Source: Subdoligranulum sp. CAG:314
Lineage (GTDB): Bacteria > Bacillota > Clostridia > Christensenellales > CAG-314
Assembly (NCBI GenBank): GCA_000437915.1
Contig: FR901000.1
Location: 183,244 to 247,243 of the forward strand
Direction: 5' to 3'
Length of the DNA stretch: 64,000 nucleotides
Made by a program: the position numbers and the translations under genes. Under the pieces are notes generated by a model that ran no database searches, had not been told where the DNA came from, and saw only the letters and a list, made by a program, of their open reading frames with translations. How positions within the stretch are numbered: the first letter of the stretch is position 1; each line of letters opens with the position of its first letter. Shown in pieces: positions 52,570 through 61,295 of the stretch.

Positions 52570-53484
52570 TCAACCGAGATACTCTTCGATAAAATGCGAG
52601 CAGGTCGCCCCGTCGGCAGCCGCCGTCACAATCTGCCGCAAAGGCTTGGTTCTTACGTCGCCGACGGCAAACACGCCGTCCACAGATGTCTTAGTGGTTT
52701 CGTCCGCGAGGATATAGCCGTTTTCGTCAAGAGCGAGCTGTCCCCTGACCAATTCGGTTTGGGGCTGTCTGCCCACCGCCACGAACAAAGCGGCGCAGGG
52801 TACTTTTGTCCGCGCGCCCGTTTTTACGTTTTCCGTCACGACGCCGCCAAGCGCTCCGTCGCCTTCAAGCGCGACGACGCGGCTGTCAAATAAAAATTCC
52901 ACCCCGCAGTTTTTTAACGCGTCGGTGTAGACCTTGGAGGCGCGAAGGCGGTCTCTGCGGTGCACGAGATAAACCTTTTCGCATATTTTGGACAGATAGA
53001 GCGCGTCCGCCGCGGCGCTGTTTCCGCCGCCAACAACTACGGCGACTTTGCCTTTGTAGCGCATACCGTCGCACACCGCGCAGTACGCCACGCCTTTGCC
53101 CGTAAGCTCTCTTTCTCCTTCGACGCCCAACAGTCTGGGCTTTGCCCCCGTAGCAATCACCACCGCTTTCGCGTTCAACATCCCCGCCGTCGTTTCGACT
53201 GTTTTGGGAGACGCTTTGAGGTTTAACGACTTTATCTTGGCGTAAACGGTAACCACGCCGAACCTTTCCGCCCCGCGCTGCATTCTCTCGCCCAATTCGA
53301 AGCCGTCTATACCGTCGTCAAAGCCCGGATAGTTTTCCACCGTTTCGGTAGTCGCCATCTGTCCGCCCGCGGACATCTGCTCGACAACGGCGACGGTGTA
53401 GCCGCTGCGCGCCGCGTACATTGCCGCAGTGTATCCCGCGGGACCTCCTCCTGCGACAATTACGTCATAAGTTTTGTTGTCCAT
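52570..53484 (-). CDS. trxB: Thioredoxin-disulfide reductase
   Basis: 304 aa with the FAD motif VIVAGGGPAGYTAA, redox centre CAVCDG, and NADPH motifs VVGGGNSA and HRRDRLRA. Confidence 0.93.
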   Translation of the reverse strand: MDNKTYDVIVAGGGPAGYTAAMYAARSGYTVAVVEQMSAGGQMATTETVENYPGFDDGIDGFELGERMQRGAERFGVVTVYAKIKSLNLKASPKTVETTAGMLNAKAVVIATGAKPRLLGVEGERELTGKGVAYCAVCDGMRYKGKVAVVVGGGNSAAADALYLSKICEKVYLVHRRDRLRASKVYTDALKNCGVEFLFDSRVVALEGDGALGGVVTENVKTGARTKVPCAALFVAVGRQPQTELVRGQLALDENGYILADETTKTSVDGVFAVGDVRTKPLRQIVTAAADGATCSHFIEEYLG

Positions 53485-53497
53485 TTTTCACCGACAT

Positions 53498-53821
53498 TTA
53501 AAGCACGCCGTTGGCTTTCAACCAATCCTCGGCTTCCGCCTGAGAAGCGGGGTTGGACGCCTGAGACCTTTCCTCTCCGCCTACAAACAGCACGAGACGC
53601 GGAATGGTGTCGACATTGTACCTCTGCGCCACGTCGCCGTGCTCGTCCACATTGATTTTTACGAAATCTATTTTGTCGCCGTACTGCTGCTCCAATCTGT
53701 CGAACATGGGAGCCATTCTGCGGCAGTAACCGCACCAGGGCGCCCAAAAATCCGCGACCACGGGCTTGGCAGCGCCCAGCACCTCCCGCTCGAACTGTCC
53801 GCTCAAAATTTCCTTAACCAT
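53498..53821 (-). CDS. trxA: Thioredoxin (active site WCGYC)
   Basis: I prefer the ATG at 53821 (GGAGG 8 nt upstream), which gives 107 aa with WCGYC at residues 29-33, normal thioredoxin geometry. Upstream ATGs at 53851 and 53887 are also open. Confidence 0.85.
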   Translation of the reverse strand: MVKEILSGQFEREVLGAAKPVVADFWAPWCGYCRRMAPMFDRLEQQYGDKIDFVKINVDEHGDVAQRYNVDTIPRLVLFVGGEERSQASNPASQAEAEDWLKANGVL

Positions 53822-53980
53822 TTTTCTGACCTCCGTTTTGACTTTCGGCATTTCAGCCTCCGTATAGTTTGCCTCTTGCGTCGGCATAAAATACCCTTTT
53901 GATATACTTTATCACGGAAGCGAATTCAGTCAAGCGTTTTCAACCTTTTTTCCGTAAAATCTCTGCGTTTGCTCAACAGC

Positions 53981-55807
53981 CTACATCAGCCAAACGTACG
54001 CAGCCGAGCCGACGTCAATTATCCCCTCTTCGCCTCCCGAAATATAATACACCTGCACCAAAGGGTTGCCCGACAACAGCTGACTTTTATAAATTATTTC
54101 TTCAAATATAACATAATTCTGCCCGTGACTCTGCGCAGATGCAATCAGATTTCCGCCTATGTAAACCCGCACTTCGAAATTGGTTATTATCGGAAAACCT
54201 TTTACATCATCACTATAAGAATTTGCATACCAGAATATCGAAACCCTGAGGATGTTGTAAGGTAAATCCCGCTCGGGCTCTGCCGTCATTCCTCCCGCAA
54301 AATCTCCGGAAGCTTTGTTGTGGGACGAAAACATCAGCGTATTGTCTAAATTATCGAGAACCTTACCAACATTCAGCATACCGGCTCCCACTCCGGATAA
54401 AAATCCGTTTGCATTTTTAGGTACGGTTGTGTAATTTGCCGTAGAGGTATTTGCAGTAAGCAGGGAATGCACCATTTCCGGAAATAACTTTAACGAAGGT
54501 TTTTTATTCATCATAATTGCGACAGTGCCGGTCACAAACGGCGCGGCAAAGCTGGTTCCCATGTTTCCGTCGTCGTGAAACCATATTGTCTCTTTGGGAA
54601 TATGCGGCATACCGTTTGCCACCAACGTAGGCTTCGTTGCCGCCATTTTGTCTGTATTTTTAGATGAATAACTCGCTAAATTTCCTTCATAGTCGGTTGC
54701 CCCGACGGTAATCACATTTGCGGCATTTCCGAAGCAAGTGATTCCGTCGCCGTTGTTGCCGGCAGACTTTACTACGACCACCAAGTTTTCTTTGGTAATT
54801 GTATCTACATCTCCTTCGTATTTGCAATATTTGCCTTCAGGATAATTGACTAAATCATTTGCCGTTCCGGGAAGATCTTGTATCAATTGCGTAAATCCAA
54901 AACTGCAGTTTATTACGTTGACCTGCGTTTTAAGTTGTTTAAATATCGAATTAAACAGGTCATAATCATTCCCTCCCAATTTCCTGGTATACAATGAAAT
55001 TTTCGGAGCCATGTTTCCGATAATTCTTGTCACTCGTCTGGAGTGCTCGCTCATTTCGTCACCCTGCTGCCAATCGGAATTTATGGTTATGTCGGGCAAA
55101 TCATTTCTTCCGTCGAAAGCATTCGGATCGATTGCAGACGGCTCGATAATCCCTACGTTTACGCCATGTCCCTTATACGCAAAGTCATTTTCAGCCACAA
55201 ATCCGGCATTCATTGAACCTAGCGTCTCATCCTCCCAGCTGCCAAAGCTGCTCATAGGCAAGATTTCCGACTCCGTACTTAACGATTGTTCAAAAATATG
55301 ATTTTCGACAGAAACAGTCGAAACTTTGTCATAGCGGAGCAATTTATTTATTATACCGGCTATTTCGCCCTCGTTCATGTCTTCGGTGCGCAGCTTGACG
55401 CTGTTTGTCAAGTACAGCTTTTCAAAAAGCATTTCGCTCATGCCTGATTCGTCAATAAAATTTTTTAACTGCGTTTTATAAAAATTCTCCCTTTGATTCC
55501 TCAAATTCAATATGAAAGCGTCCTCCATGCCTTCAGGCACAGAACTCCTCTGTTCCATCAACTCCGCAAACAATTCCGTTTCCCCGAAGCTTTCTTTAAA
55601 TTCTACCGACACGGTCGTGCCGACATTTTCCGACACAGCCTTTGATATTTGTTTCAAGGTCAGACTTTCTTCACCGGCAAAACCGCAGCCCAAAACAATT
55701 TTCTCGGAAAAATCGTTTATCCTTACATTAGATAACAGTGGGTAAACCAAAATTGCCAAAACCGATATCAATGCAATCAGACATACAGAAATTTTTTTTG
55801 CTTTCAT
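53981..55807 (-). CDS. S8-family (subtilisin-like) serine peptidase with an N-terminal signal anchor
   Basis: 608 aa with GAGGTG upstream. Ser motif GTSFAAPFVTG, oxyanion motif SAGNNGDG, and a His region SEHSRRVTRIIG. The expected Asp motif reads VGIIEPS. The gene is clearly AT-richer than its surroundings. Confidence 0.8.
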   Translation of the reverse strand: MKAKKISVCLIALISVLAILVYPLLSNVRINDFSEKIVLGCGFAGEESLTLKQISKAVSENVGTTVSVEFKESFGETELFAELMEQRSSVPEGMEDAFILNLRNQRENFYKTQLKNFIDESGMSEMLFEKLYLTNSVKLRTEDMNEGEIAGIINKLLRYDKVSTVSVENHIFEQSLSTESEILPMSSFGSWEDETLGSMNAGFVAENDFAYKGHGVNVGIIEPSAIDPNAFDGRNDLPDITINSDWQQGDEMSEHSRRVTRIIGNMAPKISLYTRKLGGNDYDLFNSIFKQLKTQVNVINCSFGFTQLIQDLPGTANDLVNYPEGKYCKYEGDVDTITKENLVVVVKSAGNNGDGITCFGNAANVITVGATDYEGNLASYSSKNTDKMAATKPTLVANGMPHIPKETIWFHDDGNMGTSFAAPFVTGTVAIMMNKKPSLKLFPEMVHSLLTANTSTANYTTVPKNANGFLSGVGAGMLNVGKVLDNLDNTLMFSSHNKASGDFAGGMTAEPERDLPYNILRVSIFWYANSYSDDVKGFPIITNFEVRVYIGGNLIASAQSHGQNYVIFEEIIYKSQLLSGNPLVQVYYISGGEEGIIDVGSAAYVWLM

Positions 55808-55827
55808 ACGTCACCTCGTAAAATATT

Positions 55828-56904
55828 TTATATATTGTTTAATATTTTAAAATTAATAAAAGTAGACAGGTAAAAGCTTAGTGAACTATATACGCTTGTG
55901 ATAAGCTTGGACTTTCTTGCTTCCTCTGCTTTGATCATAAAAAGATCCAATAAATCCTCGCCATAAAAATATGTAGGCTCATAAGAAACGGAGTTTTCCA
56001 AATACTTCCTGTGATAAAAATACCCATCAAAGCCGAAAAAAGCCTCCAATTCCTTATAAAGCCAATCAGCGTCTTTCCCCTGCTCTTTGTTTTTCTTGCG
56101 CAAATAATCTAAAAATTCATTTTCTGCGGGGTCGTCGGATTTTTTGCCTAAAACATCGTCGGCAAAGTCAATACTAGCAGAATGTACAAATTTTTTTAAA
56201 GCATCCAACTCCTCGTCAGTAAGATAAGTATTTTCGTCAAAATTCGTATACTGACCGAAAAAAGCCGAAGACACGACAGCGGTCGTTTCGTACATATCGG
56301 AAGGCTTGGTAAGCTCGGGAAACAGCTCGGGCTCGAGCTCTTCAAAATCCGTGCGTTTGTATGTCAGGCTTTTTACAAGCGGACTTTTGCTTGCTTCTAT
56401 TGCCGCAAGATAGTCCTCCGTCGTCATGTATTCGTTAGCGCGTTGGGAGACAATTCTTCCCAAATCTCCCGTCAGGATAAACCTCCCTGTCAGCCCCAGC
56501 TTTTTTATACACTCCTGATTGAACACGGCGTTTTTCTCACGCTCCGTCTCTTTTAAAGACATCTTTTCTTTTGTTTGCTCTGCAAACTGCCTTAGCTCGA
56601 CGTCCTCTATACCGTCCGACGTCAACAGCTCCGTATTCAACAGCATTTCCCCGCTTTCGTAAGGAAACGTCTGCGCCGCCACTTTTTTGAGAACTTTTAC
56701 CTTTTTGCAGTCGAAAGCGTATTGTTCAAGCGTAAGCCCGTCCGCATTGTCTCCCCAAAAGAAAGTCACTTTGTCGCTGTACGCCCAATTTCCTTCTCTC
56801 ACCTCATACACCTCGACATATTCCCGCTTTTCGCAGCCGGCAAACACGGCTAACGACGATACGAATAAAATCGCAACCACTGCCCACAGCCACATCTTTT
56901 TCAT
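55828..56904 (-). CDS. Lipoprotein, unknown function
   Basis: 358 aa with AGGAGG upstream and lipobox VFAGC. The acidic soluble domain has no motif I recognise. It shares the AT-rich composition of the S8 gene 20 nt downstream. Confidence 0.7.
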   Translation of the reverse strand: MKKMWLWAVVAILFVSSLAVFAGCEKREYVEVYEVREGNWAYSDKVTFFWGDNADGLTLEQYAFDCKKVKVLKKVAAQTFPYESGEMLLNTELLTSDGIEDVELRQFAEQTKEKMSLKETEREKNAVFNQECIKKLGLTGRFILTGDLGRIVSQRANEYMTTEDYLAAIEASKSPLVKSLTYKRTDFEELEPELFPELTKPSDMYETTAVVSSAFFGQYTNFDENTYLTDEELDALKKFVHSASIDFADDVLGKKSDDPAENEFLDYLRKKNKEQGKDADWLYKELEAFFGFDGYFYHRKYLENSVSYEPTYFYGEDLLDLFMIKAEEARKSKLITSVYSSLSFYLSTFINFKILNNI

Positions 56905-57033
56905 TTTTTATTTTCCTCCTGTTTTTTCAGGGTATGCCCTTTTTTATTTTAACCGATTATATTAACTGTGTCAATAACCATATTATGCTGTTTTGGATGC
57001 CGTAAGACGCCGTAATTTTATGATAATTTTTTT

Positions 57034-57071
57034 AAATAAAACCGCCCGAAAGCGTATTGCTTTCGGGCGGT
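57034..57071 (-). terminator. Rho-independent terminator
   Basis: accgcccgaaagc-gtatt-gctttcgggcggt is a 13-bp stem. On the minus strand TTTTATTT follows, 10 nt after the stop at 57082. Confidence 0.85.
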
Positions 57072-57081
57072 AAACATTCAA

Positions 57082-58191
57082 TCAAAAAGCTCCGAAAAAT
57101 TTTAACAGCAACACTACCCCCGCAATCACCGCCGCGCCAAGCAGCGAAACAACCGACACCTTCAACGGAGAAACCGGAGCGCTCCCCGTAATCTTTCCCG
57201 TGCAGCCGTTTACGTATTGATTGTAAAGCTTGTCACGGTATTTCGTTGCGGTTATGTAAACGGGCATGAGCATATATTTGAACGATTTTCCGACATGGTT
57301 CATGCTCATGTTGAGATAATCCACTACGTCGGCGTTGTAGGACGCAATTATCTGACGTCTGATTGTTTCGCGCATCCTGTCCTCCGCCGTTTTGAACGCC
57401 GTATACGGGTCTACGGTGTAATTGTTTGCAAAAAAACCCGCAAGAAACTCCGAAGAATAAACCACGTATCTGTTCTGCGGAAAAGGCTGCAATTTGGACA
57501 GATTTTTGTCCGAAACGAAGGCGCCTCCGTTTACCGTCACGTCGTCGAAATAATTTCGTCTCGTGCCGCTGACGTTGAAATAACGCACTTTGACTTCCGT
57601 ATGCGTGTTGCCCTTGCTGTCCCGCCGCGTGGTGGTGTAGGTTTTCCCGAGACGCCCCGCATATACCGTATCCGTCGTGCTGTCAAACGTCCACACGGGA
57701 TAATATACGCCCCTGATTGTGTTGACGTTTATGTTTTTTTTGAATTTTGAAGGCGCGAAAAAACGCTTTTTCAGCCACTTTTTGCACGCTTCGAGTCCTT
57801 TTTGCCTGTCAAGCGAAAAGGGAATAAGCGAATCGGGTTTTACGCCGTCAAAGCAATGCTCCTCCAACACGAGCGGGCTGGAACAAAAAGGGCACACGGT
57901 GGCAATCTCGTCCCCCTTGACGGTCTCCGTTGCGCCGCAGTTGTCGCAGCGCACCGTTTTAAGCCCCGCCTCCGCCCATCTGTGTTCCTCAAGCTCGGAA
58001 AAATCCCTCTCCGTCACGTTTGTGTCGGCGGCTATATCCACTTCGCTTCCGCAATGGTCGCACACAAGCTTTTGCGCGGAAGGCTCGTACCGCATATTTG
58101 CGCCGCAGCCGGCACACTTGAACGCCTCCGCGTCCCCCTCGGAAATCCTTTCCGCACCGTCAAAGGCAAGCGCCGCGTCCCTGTTTTTCAT
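57082..58191 (-). CDS. YdjG-like protein: two N-terminal zinc ribbons, central domain and C-terminal TM helix
   Basis: 369 aa with GGAGG upstream. Zinc ribbons CAGCGANMRY...CDHCGS and CDNCGAT...CPFCSS. The C-terminus is VVSLLGAAVIAGVVLLLKFF. Confidence 0.75.
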   Translation of the reverse strand: MKNRDAALAFDGAERISEGDAEAFKCAGCGANMRYEPSAQKLVCDHCGSEVDIAADTNVTERDFSELEEHRWAEAGLKTVRCDNCGATETVKGDEIATVCPFCSSPLVLEEHCFDGVKPDSLIPFSLDRQKGLEACKKWLKKRFFAPSKFKKNINVNTIRGVYYPVWTFDSTTDTVYAGRLGKTYTTTRRDSKGNTHTEVKVRYFNVSGTRRNYFDDVTVNGGAFVSDKNLSKLQPFPQNRYVVYSSEFLAGFFANNYTVDPYTAFKTAEDRMRETIRRQIIASYNADVVDYLNMSMNHVGKSFKYMLMPVYITATKYRDKLYNQYVNGCTGKITGSAPVSPLKVSVVSLLGAAVIAGVVLLLKFFGAF

Positions 58192-58238
58192 AATTCAACC
58201 TCCGCGCCGTCCGTCAAGGACGGCGGCTTAGCATTTTT

Positions 58239-59303
58239 TCAGTTCTCCACCTTGGTTCCGCATTCGGGACAGAACTTTTTGCCCTTGACGTCGGCTCCGC
58301 ACTTGACGCAAATGCTGCCCGACGATTGCTTTGCGCCGCATTCGGGACAGAATTTTGCGCCCACGGACATAGCCGCTCCGCACTCCCCGCAGTATTTCTG
58401 CTTGGGCTTTGTCTCCTGCTTGGGCGCCGCGTCCTGCGCGTTGCCCAGATTTGAAAAGGCGTTGTTCATCGCGTTGCCGAAGGCTCCGCCCATGCCCACG
58501 CCCATAAACGTGCCCACGGTGCCCGTGTTGCGCGCCGCGTCTCCCAGCGCGTCGGCGGCCTTTTTCTGCGTGTAGGTGCCCATTTTGTCGCCTAGTATGC
58601 CGAGGCTCGTTCTCTCGTCCAGCACCTTTTCCACTTCCTGCGGCAGGCTTATGTTTTCGATTGTAAAGGAAGTTATGTCAAGCCCGTATTCGCGGAACTT
58701 CTCCGTTATGTTTGTTCTGCACATCGCGGAAAACTCCTGCAAATTCGCCGCCATGTCAAGCATGGGAATCTTGGACTCCGCCACCGTATCCGCCATCTGC
58801 GACACAAGAAGACTCTTCAAGTGGTCGTTTATATCCGCGACGGTAAAGGTGCTGTTGGTGCCGAAAAGCTCCTTCAAAAATCTCTCCGCGTCGAACACTC
58901 GCATGGAATAGGTGCCGAAAGCCCCCACTCTCACCATACCGAAATCCGCGTCGCGCATGGTAATGGGATTTTTCGTACCCCATTTGAGATTGGTGAACTG
59001 CTTCGTGTTGACAAAGTAAACGTCGGATTTGACCACAACGTCTCTTCCCTGATAGAGCAGCGCTCTCAACCCCGACAAAACGGGCAGATTGTTGGTGCTC
59101 AACGTATATTGCCCCGGCTGAAAAATATCTGCGATTTTTCCCTTGTGGACAAAAACCGCAACCTGCGACTCCCTGACGGTGAGCTTGGAGCCGCTCATGA
59201 TTTCATATTTGTCGGAAGGCATCTGAAAACGGTACACCATAGTATCGTTGCCGTCGTCCTTCCAATCAATCACCTTCCACATCTGGCTCTTGAACCAACC
59301 CAT
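58239..59303 (-). CDS. SPFH/Band-7 domain protein of the YdjI type with a C-terminal double zinc ribbon
   Basis: ATG at 59303, 7 nt after AAAGGAGG. MGWFKSQMWKVIDWKDDGNDTMVYRF... is the YdjI-like N-terminus. The C-terminus is CGECGAAM...CPECGAK...CVKCGAD...CPECGTK. Confidence 0.85.
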   Translation of the reverse strand: MGWFKSQMWKVIDWKDDGNDTMVYRFQMPSDKYEIMSGSKLTVRESQVAVFVHKGKIADIFQPGQYTLSTNNLPVLSGLRALLYQGRDVVVKSDVYFVNTKQFTNLKWGTKNPITMRDADFGMVRVGAFGTYSMRVFDAERFLKELFGTNSTFTVADINDHLKSLLVSQMADTVAESKIPMLDMAANLQEFSAMCRTNITEKFREYGLDITSFTIENISLPQEVEKVLDERTSLGILGDKMGTYTQKKAADALGDAARNTGTVGTFMGVGMGGAFGNAMNNAFSNLGNAQDAAPKQETKPKQKYCGECGAAMSVGAKFCPECGAKQSSGSICVKCGADVKGKKFCPECGTKVEN

Positions 59304-59539
59304 AAAAAAACCTCCTTTGCCGCAAGGCAAAACACTGTACTTTTGTTATTATTTTATCATAAAAGCCCGAAAAATGCAATACTGTGCGAAATTCTATTGT
59401 GATATATTTGCGCTCAAATAAAAAACAAACCGACGCGAAATATGGATAAATTTGTTAATTTTGTTGCATTTCAAGGAATAATGCTTTAGAATAAAAATAC
59501 TAATCCGTTGTTTTATTATAAATAAAAAAGGAGGAAAAA

Positions 59540-61132
59540 ATGAAGAAAAAAATTCTGCCGATGTTCTTTTTGCTGTCTTTGGCAATAGGGCTGTGTATAG
59601 CCGTGTCGGGCTGCTCGGCGCTCAAGCTGAAAGCGCCCGCAAATCTGCGGGTGTCGGACGACGGTTTTTTGTCCTGGGACGAAGTGGACGGCGCCGCCGC
59701 CTATCGCGTATTTATAAACGACGGCGTTTTCGATACGGACGAAAACCGTCTGGATATATTTTGGCTCACCGACAGCTACGACGTGTATTTGATTGACGTT
59801 GTTGCGCTGGACGCAAAAAACAGGATAAAATCCGAGTCTTCCGAGCTTTTTGAATACGATTTGCAGGACTCGGGAGGCTGGACGCTGCAATACAACGGGG
59901 AAGGCTATGACGTCGCGGGCACGGAGGACAGCAAAAACGTCGTGAGCGGAAAAGTCATTTTGCCCTCGGTCTACAACGATTTGCCTGTGACGGGTATTGC
60001 CGACGAGGCTTTCATGCTTTGCAAAAACCTGACCTCTATCATTATTCCCGACAGCATAACGGAAATAGGCCAAGCGGCTTTCAACGGTTGCACCTCTCTT
60101 GCGCGGGCGGAGCTGCCCCGCCGAATGAAAAGTCTGGAACGCATAGCTTTCGGCGGCTGCAAAACCCTGACCGAGTTGAAAATACCCAAAACCGTGCAAT
60201 ACATAAGCGGCGAAATGATGAACGGCTGCAACGGCATAACGACTCTCGAAATAGAGGAAGGCAACGAAATTTACGAAAGTCAAGGCAACTGCATAGTAAG
60301 AAAGGCGGACAGACAGCTCGTATGCGGAACGAAAAACTGCGAAATCCCCGAAAATATCGCGAGCGTCGGGGAAAACGCTTTTTACAATATGGACATAGAA
60401 AAACTGTCCCTTCCCAAAGGAGTGGAAAGCATAGGCACGGCGGCGTTTCAGTATTGCGAAAAGCTTAAAGAGCTTTGTCTGTCCGACGGCTTGAAGAAAA
60501 TAGGCAGTCGCGCTTTCAGCGGCTGCGCATTCGACTACGTGTCTATACCTATGAGCGTAGAAAGCATAGGCGCCGATGCCTTCAACTTTTTTCACGGCTT
60601 GTCGGTCACTCTGCCAAAAAGCGTCAAAAAGCTGGGCGCAAATGCTTTCGACAAATACGTAACCATTTACACCGACTTAAAACACGACGAAAACTACCCC
60701 GAAGACTGGAAGCTGCCGGAGACACAGATGGATTTTTCATTTATTTATTCCTTTGACAGTTACGCCCCGGCTTTCCCCGTAAAGCAGCGCATAATCACCG
60801 ACTGCGTATTTGTCTGCGAGGACGGCGTGCCCTACGTCGACTCGTTTAATCCGGAGCACAACTTGGATTCGGACGCGGGAAACTCCGACAATCCATATCA
60901 GGTTCCCGGCAGGGCGGGCTATGTGTTCGGCGGCTGGGCAGACGGCAACGGAAACGTAGTCTGGCATACGGAGTTTCATATCTTTCAGAAAGTTTCGGGA
61001 AGCGACCCATCTTTATCGGGAGCCGATTTGAGTTATACGCCTAAAAGCAAATACATCCTGTCTCTGTCCGGTCCTGCCGGAGAAATCCCGTCGGGAAACC
61101 TGCTTTACGCCGTCTGGACTCCCTCAAATTGA
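59540..61132 (+). CDS. Surface lipoprotein: one Fn3-like module, a BspA-type LRR cassette and a C-terminal Flg_new-like repeat
   Basis: 530 aa with AAGGAGG upstream and lipobox AVSGC. Segments include LSWDEVDGAAAYRVFINDG, LRR units such as IPDSITEIGQAAFNGCTSL, and a C-terminal GYVFGGWADGNG...LLYAVW. Confidence 0.85.
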   Translation: MKKKILPMFFLLSLAIGLCIAVSGCSALKLKAPANLRVSDDGFLSWDEVDGAAAYRVFINDGVFDTDENRLDIFWLTDSYDVYLIDVVALDAKNRIKSESSELFEYDLQDSGGWTLQYNGEGYDVAGTEDSKNVVSGKVILPSVYNDLPVTGIADEAFMLCKNLTSIIIPDSITEIGQAAFNGCTSLARAELPRRMKSLERIAFGGCKTLTELKIPKTVQYISGEMMNGCNGITTLEIEEGNEIYESQGNCIVRKADRQLVCGTKNCEIPENIASVGENAFYNMDIEKLSLPKGVESIGTAAFQYCEKLKELCLSDGLKKIGSRAFSGCAFDYVSIPMSVESIGADAFNFFHGLSVTLPKSVKKLGANAFDKYVTIYTDLKHDENYPEDWKLPETQMDFSFIYSFDSYAPAFPVKQRIITDCVFVCEDGVPYVDSFNPEHNLDSDAGNSDNPYQVPGRAGYVFGGWADGNGNVVWHTEFHIFQKVSGSDPSLSGADLSYTPKSKYILSLSGPAGEIPSGNLLYAVWTPSN

Positions 61133-61163
61133 ATCTGAGACAAAACAAAAGTCAAATCAATTT

Positions 61164-61192
61164 AAACGCGGTCTTTGACAGACCGCGTTTTT
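61164..61192 (+). terminator. Rho-independent terminator
   Basis: aaacgcggtct-ttgac-agaccgcgttt followed by TT. Confidence 0.85.
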
Positions 61193-61259
61193 CGTCGCTT
61201 TGTCCCGACAGACGCTTAAATCTAAACGCAGAGCCGCCGACTTGCCGACAATCAAAAAC

Positions 61260-61288
61260 TTGTCAAGCGGAGATTAAGATGCTATAAT
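61260..61288 (+). promoter_or_regulatory. Promoter of the nuclease/ATPase operon (apparently leaderless)
   Basis: TTGTCA (61260..61265), 17 nt, TATAAT (61283..61288). The ATG at 61296 is 7 nt after the -10 and there is no SD. Confidence 0.6.
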
Positions 61289-61295
61289 TTCAGAT

